64,000 bases of DNA from Thermoanaerobaculia bacterium (lineage in GTDB: Bacteria > Acidobacteriota > Thermoanaerobaculia > Multivoradales > Multivoraceae): positions 96,001-160,000 of the forward strand of contig OY761158.1 of NCBI GenBank assembly GCA_963664405.1, given 5' to 3'. Below are positions 20,663 to 29,124 of the stretch, piece by piece. Under the pieces are notes generated by a model. That model was not told the DNA's origin and ran no database searches. It worked only from the letters and a program-made list of their open reading frames with translations. Position 1 is the first letter of the stretch, and each line of letters starts with the position of its first letter. Both the position numbers and the translations under genes were made by a program.

Positions 20663-20712
20663 CTGCCCTCTCGAGCTCGTAGCCTACAAAGCAGGACCGG
20701 ACGCAGAAGCCC

Positions 20713-21150
20713 TCAGATCTCGAGGATGAAGGTTACAGGCCCGTCGTTTACCAGCTCCACGGCCATATGCGCCCCGAACCGGCCCGTGGCGACGGTAAAT
20801 CCGCGTTGGCGAAGGCTCGACACCAGCTCTTGAAATAGCGGCTCAGCCCGCTCCGGCCGCGCCGCCTTGTCGAAAGACGGACGCCGGCCCTTGGCGGTCG
20901 AGGCGGCCAGAGTGAAATTCGGCACCAATAGGAATTCCGCACCCCCACTTCCGGCGGACCGGTTCATCAAACCCCTGTCGTCAGGGAAGACGCGTAGCTC
21001 TGAGACCTTGGTCGCAGCCTTGGCGACGGTCTCTGCATCGTCTCCAGCCTCGACTCCGGCGAGCACCACGAGGCCTACTCCGATTCTGCCAATCTCCTCG
21101 TCGTCGACTCGGACCGAAGCCGAAGTGACCCGCTGCAAGAGGAGTCGCAA
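20713..21150 (-). CDS. dtd: D-aminoacyl-tRNA deacylase
   Basis: LLQRVTSASV, NFTL, KGRRPSF, FGAHMAVELVNDGPVT. Confidence 0.95.
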   Translation of the reverse strand: MRLLLQRVTSASVRVDDEEIGRIGVGLVVLAGVEAGDDAETVAKAATKVSELRVFPDDRGLMNRSAGSGGAEFLLVPNFTLAASTAKGRRPSFDKAARPERAEPLFQELVSSLRQRGFTVATGRFGAHMAVELVNDGPVTFILEI

Positions 21151-21239
21151 GATTGTCGTCTCTTAAGGTAGTCGGAGGCGATGGATGCACCGCTCCGAGG
21201 GTATGTATGATAGCCATTAACTGAGAAGGAGATCTGCAG

Positions 21240-21668
21240 ATGGTCAACAAAGTAATTCTCGTCGGCAACCTGGGTCGTGACCCTGAGCTCCGTTCAACCA
21301 CATCCGGACAGCAGGTCGCCTCTTTCAGTCTTGCCACCAATCGACGCTGGAAGGATCGCGACGGCAATCGACAGGATCAGACCGAATGGCACAACATCGT
21401 GTGTTGGGGCCGCCAGGCCGAAGTAGCCGCCCAGTACCTGACCAAGGGCAAACAGATCTACATCGAGGGCCGCATCCAGCAAAGCTCGTGGGACGACCGG
21501 CAGACTGGCGAGAAGCGCTACAAGACCGAGATCGTATGCGAGAATTTCCAGATGATGGGCAGCCGAAGCGACTCCGGTGGCGGATTCGGCGATCAGCGCT
21601 CACCTTCGCAGGAGCCCGAGATTGCTCCTCCCTCGGGCGCTGCCGATGACGACGACATCCCTTTCTAG
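21240..21668 (+). CDS. ssb: Single-stranded DNA-binding protein
   Basis: [23 protein letters not shown]-terminal DDDIPF. Confidence 0.98.
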   Translation: MVNKVILVGNLGRDPELRSTTSGQQVASFSLATNRRWKDRDGNRQDQTEWHNIVCWGRQAEVAAQYLTKGKQIYIEGRIQQSSWDDRQTGEKRYKTEIVCENFQMMGSRSDSGGGFGDQRSPSQEPEIAPPSGAADDDDIPF

Positions 21669-21830
21669 ACCAGCGTTTCCAAAGTTCGCGCACATATCTC
21701 GGCCCCTTCTGCCCGCTGCCGGCGTTGCGCCTCCTCGACATATTGCCCAATATGCCTGCGTCGGCGCGCCTGGCCAGCGAACAGAATGACCTCGAGCTAT
21801 GGTGCACGAACTTCGGAAACGCTGGTCTAG
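21665..21830. mobile_element. MITE/ERIC-like fold-back element, subfamily B, copy B1 (166 bp)
   Basis: 24-bp inverted termini CTAGACCAGCGTTTCCAAAGTTCG / CGAACTTCGGAAACGCTGGTCTAG; homologous to 39396-39574. Confidence 0.85.
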
Positions 21831-21905
21831 TGCTGTGTCTCCGACACGGCACTAGCACCGACAACGACCCCCTGGCCTCCGCCGGGTCCTCCCGGACGGG
21901 GGGCC

Positions 21906-24533
21906 CTATGACGGCGGCTCGGTCAAGCGGCTCTTCAGGGTGTGGAGTAGGTTGAGTGCGGCAAGAGGGCTGAGCTGATCTACATCTAGATCGCGCAGTA
22001 TCGAGGCCACCAACTCCTCCGGCGGCGCGAACAGCGCCATCTGGCCGACGCTCCGCGGCCTCTCGTCCGAGCGGCTCTGGGCCAGGCGCGGTGTCCCGGT
22101 CAGATCGTACTCCTGCCGCTCCAGGTTCTCCAAGATCTCGGAAGCGCGCTCCAGCACCGGAGGCGGGAGACCGGCCAGCCGGGCAACCTGGATTCCATAA
22201 GAGCGCTCAGCGCTTCCCGCTACTACCCGGCGCAGAAAGACGATGCGCTCGTCCCACTCTTTGACCGCCATGGTCCGATTGGCGACTCGAGGCAGGAGAC
22301 TCGCTAGCTCGGTGAGCTCGTGGTAGTGGGTTGCGAACAGGGTCTTGGGACCACACACGTCGTGCAGATACTCGACAATCGCCCAGGCCAGCGAAAGCCC
22401 GTCAAAGGTAGCGGTTCCTCTTCCGACCTCGTCCAGGATCACCAGGCTGTGCGAGCTCGCATAGCGCAAGATGTTGGAGGTCTCGAGCATCTCGAGCATG
22501 AAGGTCGACTCGCCCCGGGTAAGGTCATCGCTCGCCCCGACCCGAGAGAAGACCCGGTCGACTACGCCGATCTCCGCGCTCGCCGCGGGGATGAAGGAGC
22601 CCGCCTGTGCCATCAACACAATGAGCGCGACTTGGCGAAGGTAGGTCGATTTGCCTCCCATATTCGGGCCGGTCAGCAGAACGATCTGGGCGTCCTCTCC
22701 CCCCAACTCGGTGTCATTGGGCACAAACTCCTCTCTTAGCAGAGCCTCGACCACGGGGTGACGCCCCTCTCGAATCAGGATGCCCTCACCAGCCTCGAGC
22801 ATCCGAGGACGACAATAGCGGTGGCGCGTAGCGACTTCGGCCAGCGCAGCCAACGCATCGAGCTCGCTGACAGCGGTCGCAAGTTCTCGCAATACCGACG
22901 CGGCGGCAACGATCGCAGCAAGGATGAGTGCGTATTCTTCGCGCTCGAGCTCCTCCACTCGCCCCTCGGCACCAAGGATCTCTTCCTCCAATTCTTTGAT
23001 CTCGGGGGTTATGTAGCGCTCCGCGTTGCTCAGGGTCTGCTTGCGAACGTAGTGGCTCGGGATCGCCGCCTGGTTGGACTTCTTCACCTCGAGGTAATAC
23101 CCGAAAACCCGGTTGTAACCGACCTTCAACGATTGGATACCACTCGCGTCACGCTCCCTCGCCTCCAGGCCAACGATGTGCTGCTTGGAGTCGTGGAGTA
23201 ATGAGCGGCAGCGGTCCAGCTCCTCGTTCACCTCGCCGGCAATGACCCCGCCCTGTCGTAGAGCGGTCGGAGGCTCGTCGGTCAGGCTGACTTCGAGCCG
23301 CCGGCGAAGCTCCTCCGCCGGCTCTATCCCCGCAACCGCTACCAGCATGCCCGAACGACAGCTTGCGATCTCCCCGACCAGGTGCCCGATCTCGATCAAA
23401 GAGTCCCTCAGAGCTCCGGCCTCACGAGGCCTCAGACTTCCAAGGACCGCACGCGAAAGAAGCCTTTCGATATCGGCTACCCGGGCCAGGCGTCGTCCGA
23501 TCGCTGCGCCGGTCTGGCGGTCCTCGACCAGCTCCTCGACGGCGTCGTGACGGCCCCGAATCTGTTCTCGGTCGAGGAGCGGGCGAAGTAGCCAACTTCG
23601 GAGTCGGCGGCCCCCCATCGCCGTCCGAGTCTCGTCGAGGTGCGCGAGCAGTGTGCCGCGCCTCTTCTCACCGCGCTGACTTCGTAGCACTTCCAGGTTC
23701 TGGAGGGTGGTGTCGTCGAGAAGCAGGAACTCTTGCGACTGGTGAAAGTGCAGGTCCGCGATATGGCTGAGATCGCTGTGCTGTGTCTCCTGCGCGTAGG
23801 TGAGGGCAGCCGCAGCAGCCAAGGCAGTCGGCTCTTCGCCGGAAAGGCCGAAGCCGCGAAGGCTCGAGACCTGGAAGTGCCCTTCGAGGATCCGCTTTGC
23901 GGCGGCAGGCCTCAGCGCCTCGTCCTCGGGCACCAAGGTCCGGCAGACCCCCTGGAGCTCAGCCCACTCGGTGATCTCCGGAGGGCACTCTTCTTTTGTG
24001 AACAACAATTCTCTGGGCCGAAGAAGCGAGAGCTCCTCGAGCGCGGCGGCGGGGCTACCCCAAGCATGGGCCACCAGCTTCCCGGTCGAGACATCCAGAA
24101 ACGCACCGGCGCCGCCGGCCTCCTGCCAGCGCACTGCGCACAAGAGATTGTCCTCTTTGCCCTCGAGCAGCTCCGGCTCGCTGAGCGTTCCCGGTGTCAC
24201 CACTCGGGTGACTTCTCTTCGAACCAGACCCTTGGCCTTTGCCGGGTCTTCCACTTGATCGCAGATGGCTACCTTGAACCCTGCTCGCACCAGTTTTCCG
24301 AGATAATTCTCCAAGGCGTGGTGGGGAACGCCGCACATCGGCGCCTCATTCTCGGTACCCTTCTGGCGAGCCGTGAGGGCGATCTCGAGAATCGGCGCGG
24401 CCTTCTCCGCGTCCTCGAAGAACATCTCGAAGAAGTCCCCCATTCTGTAAAACAGGATGGTGTCGGGATGCTTCGCTTTCACCTCGAGGTATTGGCGAAG
24501 CATGGGGGTGAGCTGCGTTGAGCTCGAAGGCAT
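21906..24533 (-). CDS. mutS: DNA mismatch repair protein MutS
   Basis: TPMLRQY, RMGDFFEMF, TGPNMGGKSTYLRQ, DEVGRGT, FATHYHE; start trimmed to ATG 24533. Confidence 0.98.
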   Translation of the reverse strand: MPSSSTQLTPMLRQYLEVKAKHPDTILFYRMGDFFEMFFEDAEKAAPILEIALTARQKGTENEAPMCGVPHHALENYLGKLVRAGFKVAICDQVEDPAKAKGLVRREVTRVVTPGTLSEPELLEGKEDNLLCAVRWQEAGGAGAFLDVSTGKLVAHAWGSPAAALEELSLLRPRELLFTKEECPPEITEWAELQGVCRTLVPEDEALRPAAAKRILEGHFQVSSLRGFGLSGEEPTALAAAAALTYAQETQHSDLSHIADLHFHQSQEFLLLDDTTLQNLEVLRSQRGEKRRGTLLAHLDETRTAMGGRRLRSWLLRPLLDREQIRGRHDAVEELVEDRQTGAAIGRRLARVADIERLLSRAVLGSLRPREAGALRDSLIEIGHLVGEIASCRSGMLVAVAGIEPAEELRRRLEVSLTDEPPTALRQGGVIAGEVNEELDRCRSLLHDSKQHIVGLEARERDASGIQSLKVGYNRVFGYYLEVKKSNQAAIPSHYVRKQTLSNAERYITPEIKELEEEILGAEGRVEELEREEYALILAAIVAAASVLRELATAVSELDALAALAEVATRHRYCRPRMLEAGEGILIREGRHPVVEALLREEFVPNDTELGGEDAQIVLLTGPNMGGKSTYLRQVALIVLMAQAGSFIPAASAEIGVVDRVFSRVGASDDLTRGESTFMLEMLETSNILRYASSHSLVILDEVGRGTATFDGLSLAWAIVEYLHDVCGPKTLFATHYHELTELASLLPRVANRTMAVKEWDERIVFLRRVVAGSAERSYGIQVARLAGLPPPVLERASEILENLERQEYDLTGTPRLAQSRSDERPRSVGQMALFAPPEELVASILRDLDVDQLSPLAALNLLHTLKSRLTEPPS

Positions 24534-24566
24534 AGCGGCCGAGTATAACTGCGTATACTCGGCCCG

Positions 24567-25265
24567 ATGTCGCTCGATTCCGGGACCTCCCGACCTTTTC
24601 TCGCACTCGACACCAGCTCTCCCACTGTGAGTGTGGCGGTCGCCGCCGAAGACAGGGTCTTGGCGGAGGAGTTCGTCGCGCAGAGAGAGTCGTCGAGCTT
24701 GCTCCTGGGTATGGTCGAGAACGTTCTGGGCCAGAGCGGCTGCGAGCTGAGCGATCTCGCCGGCGTCTGTGCTCTGCAGGGGCCAGGAAGCTTTACCGGT
24801 CTTCGCATTGGGCTCGCGACTACCCTCGCTTTCCACCAATCCCTAGCCCTTCCCGCGACTGCGATTCCCACCCTCCAAGTCCTGGCTGCCGCGTGTGCAG
24901 GCCTACCCAGCGCAATTCCACAGGACGGCGCCCAAGTCCTGGCGGTGATCGATGCGAGGCGAGGCGAGTGCTTTACGCAGGGCTTCAGGGTGACCCGGAG
25001 TGGCCCGATCGCGACGACCGACCCCGAGATCAAGTCTGTAGCAGCGCTCTTTGCGCCTCCATCGTGCACGGTGGTGGGCTTCGATATCGAGACCCTTCTT
25101 GCCTCCGCCGCCATTCCAGACGAACAGTTGCTCAGTGCCCCGCCCCTGGCCGGCCTCGCTGCCCTCCTCGCAGCCAGCCGGAACTGCTGGGACGCGTCAT
25201 CTCTGACCCGCCCGCTCTACCTTCGCCCGCCGCCGGCGAGTAAACGCCTCTCCCCCGCTTCTTGA
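24567..25265 (+). CDS. tsaB: tRNA threonylcarbamoyladenosine biosynthesis protein TsaB
   Basis: LALDTSS, GPGSFTGLRIG, IDARRGE, PLYLR. Confidence 0.93.
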   Translation: MSLDSGTSRPFLALDTSSPTVSVAVAAEDRVLAEEFVAQRESSSLLLGMVENVLGQSGCELSDLAGVCALQGPGSFTGLRIGLATTLAFHQSLALPATAIPTLQVLAAACAGLPSAIPQDGAQVLAVIDARRGECFTQGFRVTRSGPIATTDPEIKSVAALFAPPSCTVVGFDIETLLASAAIPDEQLLSAPPLAGLAALLAASRNCWDASSLTRPLYLRPPPASKRLSPAS

Positions 25266-25443
25266 TCCTCCTATCAGCCGATGCTAGCCTTCCCTTGTTG
25301 CCGATCCCGCTCAACACGAGCTCGATAAGAGACCAGGGGCTTCTTCTGCCCCCGGCGGGACGCGAGTCCGCCGCACTGACGCCATTCTCGACGCTTCAGA
25401 TGCGCCCGGTCCGAAGACCTTTCAAAAAGAGGAGCAGAAGAAG

Positions 25444-25677
25444 ATGGAGAATCACGACGAGATAAGGAATGAGCTCATTCAGACAGATCTGGAGTTCCGT
25501 CGCCTATACCAGGAGCACCAGAACCGAGAGCGACGTTTGGATGAGCTCACGCGGCACCCCATGGCTTCGCCGGAAGCCGAGCTGACACTCAAGACCATCA
25601 AGATCCAAAAGTTGAGACTCAAGGATCAGATGGAGGAGAAAATACAACACCAGCTCCACCGGGCGCCTTCAGCCTGA
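25444..25677 (+). CDS. DUF465/YdcH-like small coiled-coil protein
   Basis: EFRRLYQEH...LKTIKIQKLRLKDQM; GAGGAG ribosome-binding site. Confidence 0.8.
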   Translation: MENHDEIRNELIQTDLEFRRLYQEHQNRERRLDELTRHPMASPEAELTLKTIKIQKLRLKDQMEEKIQHQLHRAPSA

Positions 25678-25711
25678 GTCGGTAGACCTCGCAGGTACTT
25701 CCGGATTCAAG

Positions 25712-26482
25712 ATGTCCAAAGAGGCCCAGTCAAAAAGGACCCGAAGAGGGAGCCGGGGAGCCTACCTCCTGCCGAGTTTGTTCACGATCGGCAATATGTT
25801 CCTCGGCTTCTACGCCATTGTTCTCGGCCTTCGTCAACAGTTCGAGTGGTCGGCGCTGGTGATTTTCCTGGCCGGGATCCTCGACGGTCTCGACGGCCGC
25901 ATCGCGCGCATGACCGCCACCGAGAGCGACTTCGGAAGGGAATATGACTCACTCGCAGATCTGATTACCTTCGGCATGGCCCCGGCGCTGCTCGCGTATC
26001 TCTGGGGACTCGACGAGCTCGGTCGCATCGGTTGGCTCACCTCAGCCTTCTTCATGGTCTCGGCCGCGACTCGTCTAGCCCGATTCAACGTTCAGACCCG
26101 GCGCTCGGACGCCCTCGACTTCGTCGGCCTGCCGGCACCGGCGGCGGCAGGAGCGCTGGCCTCGGTCCTCTTCATCGCACCTCAGAACGATTGGAAAAAC
26201 TGGCTCAACGCACTCCTGGTACTTATCCTGATCACCTTGGCGTTACTCATGGTCTCGAGCCTTCGCTACCCCAGCTTCAAGAGGCTCGAGCTCAAGAAGG
26301 CCCGCTCGTACAGGATCGTGCTCCCCATCGCAGGCGTTCTCATCGTTGCCGCCTATCACCCCCCCGCCTTCTTCGTCAGCGTGGCCGCGCTCTACACGGC
26401 TGTCGGCCCCTTCTGGGCCCTGCGAGCCAAGGCGTCAAAGCCCGCTCGCCCCGCCCGCCAAGACGAGCAACCTGAGACATGA
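25712..26482 (+). CDS. pssA: CDP-diacylglycerol--serine O-phosphatidyltransferase
   Basis: LLPSLFT, DGLDGRIAR...FGREYDSLADLITFG, RLARFN, FVGLPAP. Confidence 0.92.
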   Translation: MSKEAQSKRTRRGSRGAYLLPSLFTIGNMFLGFYAIVLGLRQQFEWSALVIFLAGILDGLDGRIARMTATESDFGREYDSLADLITFGMAPALLAYLWGLDELGRIGWLTSAFFMVSAATRLARFNVQTRRSDALDFVGLPAPAAAGALASVLFIAPQNDWKNWLNALLVLILITLALLMVSSLRYPSFKRLELKKARSYRIVLPIAGVLIVAAYHPPAFFVSVAALYTAVGPFWALRAKASKPARPARQDEQPET

Positions 26483-27432
26483 CGCGGCTGGCCATCGTCG
26501 AGCCCAGCTCCCTTCTGGGTAGAGAGCTTCGGGATCAGTTGGACGCTCGCCGCGAGATCTGGCAAGAGCTCAAGCTGTTGACCTCCCGAGAGGACTCAGT
26601 AGGCAACCTCTCCGAGGTCAGCGAGCAGGCGGCGATGGTCCAAAGGCTCGACAAGGAGAGCCTTGACGATCTCGACCTGATCTTTCTCTGTGGACCTAGT
26701 GAACAAGAGCTCGACTTCCTCGCCACGATCCCCCCCCGCCTCAGGGCTGTGGTCGTTGCGCCCACTGCACCGGTCCCCTCGGGACGTACCGCGGTGGCGG
26801 GATGGAAGCCCGAACAGCTGGAGGGAGAGCAGCTGGTGGTGAGCCCTCATCCGGCGGTTGTGGCTCTGGCGCACACACTTCTGCCACTAGAGGGCCTGGG
26901 GCTCGAAGAAGTAGTCGCAACGGTGCTTCGCCCGGTCTCGATGTTCGAGCAGGACGCACTCGACGAGATGCTCGAGCAGACCCGCGCTCTGTTAGAGTTT
27001 CGCAATCCCGAGCCGGGTAAGTACTTCGACCAGCAAATGGCCTTCAATCTCCTACCGGGCCCCGATGAGGGAGAGTTGGTCGCGGAGCAGCTGCGCGCTC
27101 TCTTCTCGTCTCCACCTCGGATCGGGATCACAACCCTCCAGGCCTCCGTTTTTCATGGGCTCTCGGTCAGCATCTTCTGCAGACTCGATCCCGATACCTC
27201 GGTGGAAACAGTCAGGGAGCTTCTAGAAGAACAGCCCCATCTCGAATTTGGCGACGGCTCACTCGACGTCGGGCCAATCGCCGCCACCGCCCTCGACAAA
27301 GTGCTTGTAGGAGAGGTCAAGCCGGCGGCGCAGGTGCCCGGCGGGGTCTGGATCTGGGCGGTACTCGATAACCTGACTCGCGGCTCGGCCTCGAACGCCG
27401 TCGAGATTGCCGGAGCCATGCTCAGCGGCTGA
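26479..27432 (+). CDS. Aspartate-semialdehyde dehydrogenase-like (USG-type) protein, catalytic residues degenerate
   Basis: QMAFNLLP and WAVLDNLTRGSASNAV resemble Asd; NPNC replaced by SPHP. Confidence 0.75.
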   Translation: MTRLAIVEPSSLLGRELRDQLDARREIWQELKLLTSREDSVGNLSEVSEQAAMVQRLDKESLDDLDLIFLCGPSEQELDFLATIPPRLRAVVVAPTAPVPSGRTAVAGWKPEQLEGEQLVVSPHPAVVALAHTLLPLEGLGLEEVVATVLRPVSMFEQDALDEMLEQTRALLEFRNPEPGKYFDQQMAFNLLPGPDEGELVAEQLRALFSSPPRIGITTLQASVFHGLSVSIFCRLDPDTSVETVRELLEEQPHLEFGDGSLDVGPIAATALDKVLVGEVKPAAQVPGGVWIWAVLDNLTRGSASNAVEIAGAMLSG

Positions 27433-27457
27433 GATTCGGCGACCGCCCCATGGGGCG

Positions 27458-27961
27458 CTAGGTGGCCGAGCCGGCGGAGCTGCGGCGCGACAGGTAGTCC
27501 TCGACGTAGATGAGGCCATCCTCTCCGGCGCGCCGGACGACGGCGAGAAGGGCGTCCATCTTGTTCACTTCTTCAAGCTGCTCAGTGACGAAATAGTCCA
27601 GGAAGCGAAGTGCGACATGGTTGGATTCCGCCGAGGCGACCTCCACCAGATCGTTGATCTGGCCGGTAACGTCGATCTCCCACGCCAGCGACAGACTGAC
27701 GCACTCCTCGGTCGAGGCGAAATCGCTCTGGGGAGACGGCAGAGCGGGAATGCGCACCCTACCGCCGACATCTACGACGAAGCGAACAAAGCGCATCGCA
27801 TGGTCACGCTCCTCGTCCGCCTGACCGTAGAACACCTGCGCCAGCTCGGGGAGGTTCTCTGCCGAGAGGTGACTGGCGATCGCGATGTACTGTAGGGATG
27901 CGGCCAGCTCTTTGCCGATCTGATCGTTCAGGGCGGCGATCATCTTCTCGCTTGCGAACAT
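27458..27961 (-). CDS. Ferritin
   Basis: LNDQIGKELAAS..Y, QADEERDHA, WEIDVT..IN, FVTEQLEE ferroxidase pattern. Confidence 0.92.
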   Translation of the reverse strand: MFASEKMIAALNDQIGKELAASLQYIAIASHLSAENLPELAQVFYGQADEERDHAMRFVRFVVDVGGRVRIPALPSPQSDFASTEECVSLSLAWEIDVTGQINDLVEVASAESNHVALRFLDYFVTEQLEEVNKMDALLAVVRRAGEDGLIYVEDYLSRRSSAGSAT

Positions 27962-28089
27962 GGTCTTCTCCTAGTGAGGCGGGCCTGGCCGACGACGATA
28001 CTGTTTTGAGCACCCACTGACAAGAGATCCGGGCCGCCGGCCAGGATATATACTCGCCAACCCGCAAACCTCTCGAAACCTCAAGAGCG

Positions 28090-29043
28090 ATGAACGAAAA
28101 CAACGACACGCCGCGCAAAGTCCTGATCCTCGGCTCCGGTCCCGCGGGCCTCACCGCCGCCCTCTACGCCGCCCGGGCCGACCTTTCTCCTCTCATCCTC
28201 GAGGGATCCCAGCCCGGAGGTCAACTGACGATCACCACCGACGTCGAGAACTACCCGGGCTTCACCGACGGCATCATGGGACCGGAGCTAATCGACAAGA
28301 TGCGCCTTCAGGCGCAGCGCTTCGGCGCCGAAGTTCGCTTCGAGACTGTGGTCGAAGTCGACTTCTCCAGTCGGCCTTTCAAAGTACGGACGGACCGTGA
28401 TGTCGCCTACGCCAGCGAGACGCTGATCATCTCGACCGGCGCAACGGCGAAGCAGATCGGCCTGGAGTCCGAGCAGCACTTGATGGGCTACGGCGTCTCA
28501 GCCTGCGCTACCTGCGATGGATTCTTTTTTCGTGACAAAGAGCTGGTGGTCGTCGGAGGTGGCGATACCGCCATCGAAGAGGCTCTCTTCCTCACCAAGT
28601 TCGCGACCAAGGTAACGATTGTTCACCGGCGCGACGAGTTGCGCGCGTCGAAGATCATGCAAGAGCGTGCCTTTGCCAACGACAAAATCGAATTCGCCTG
28701 GAACAGCGAGGTTCGTGAGGTTCTCGGTACGCGGGAGAGTGGTGTCGAAGGGGTAATTCTGTCGGATGTAGCCAGCGGGGAAGAGCGCACATTTCCTTGC
28801 AACGGCTTCTTTGTCGCCATCGGCCACCGGCCGAACACGGAGCTCTTCGATGGCAAGCTAGAAACCGACGATGTTGGCTACCTTCGGGTCAAACACCCCT
28901 CCACAAAGACGAATATCGAAGGTGTCTTCGCTGCCGGCGACGTCATGGACCCGGTCTACCGCCAGGCGGTCACCGCCGCCGGAACGGGCTGCCAGGCTGC
29001 CATCGACGCCGAGAGATGGCTAGAGGCGCACCAAGAAGAATAG
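28090..29043 (+). CDS. trxB: Thioredoxin-disulfide reductase
   Basis: GSGPAG, CATCDG, GGGDTA, FAAGDV. Confidence 0.97.
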   Translation: MNENNDTPRKVLILGSGPAGLTAALYAARADLSPLILEGSQPGGQLTITTDVENYPGFTDGIMGPELIDKMRLQAQRFGAEVRFETVVEVDFSSRPFKVRTDRDVAYASETLIISTGATAKQIGLESEQHLMGYGVSACATCDGFFFRDKELVVVGGGDTAIEEALFLTKFATKVTIVHRRDELRASKIMQERAFANDKIEFAWNSEVREVLGTRESGVEGVILSDVASGEERTFPCNGFFVAIGHRPNTELFDGKLETDDVGYLRVKHPSTKTNIEGVFAAGDVMDPVYRQAVTAAGTGCQAAIDAERWLEAHQEE

Positions 29044-29124
29044 AAGATGGCCCGCCCGTTCAGGGCGCACCTCGCCGCCTGCTCGTCGCTCAGCTCCCCT
29101 CAGACGTCACGAATACGAGCTGAT

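Noticed and set aside
25352-25400. c-di-GMP-I riboswitch
   Set aside because: Only GGGACGC matches; the GCAAAC/GAAA P2 elements and P1 pairing are absent.
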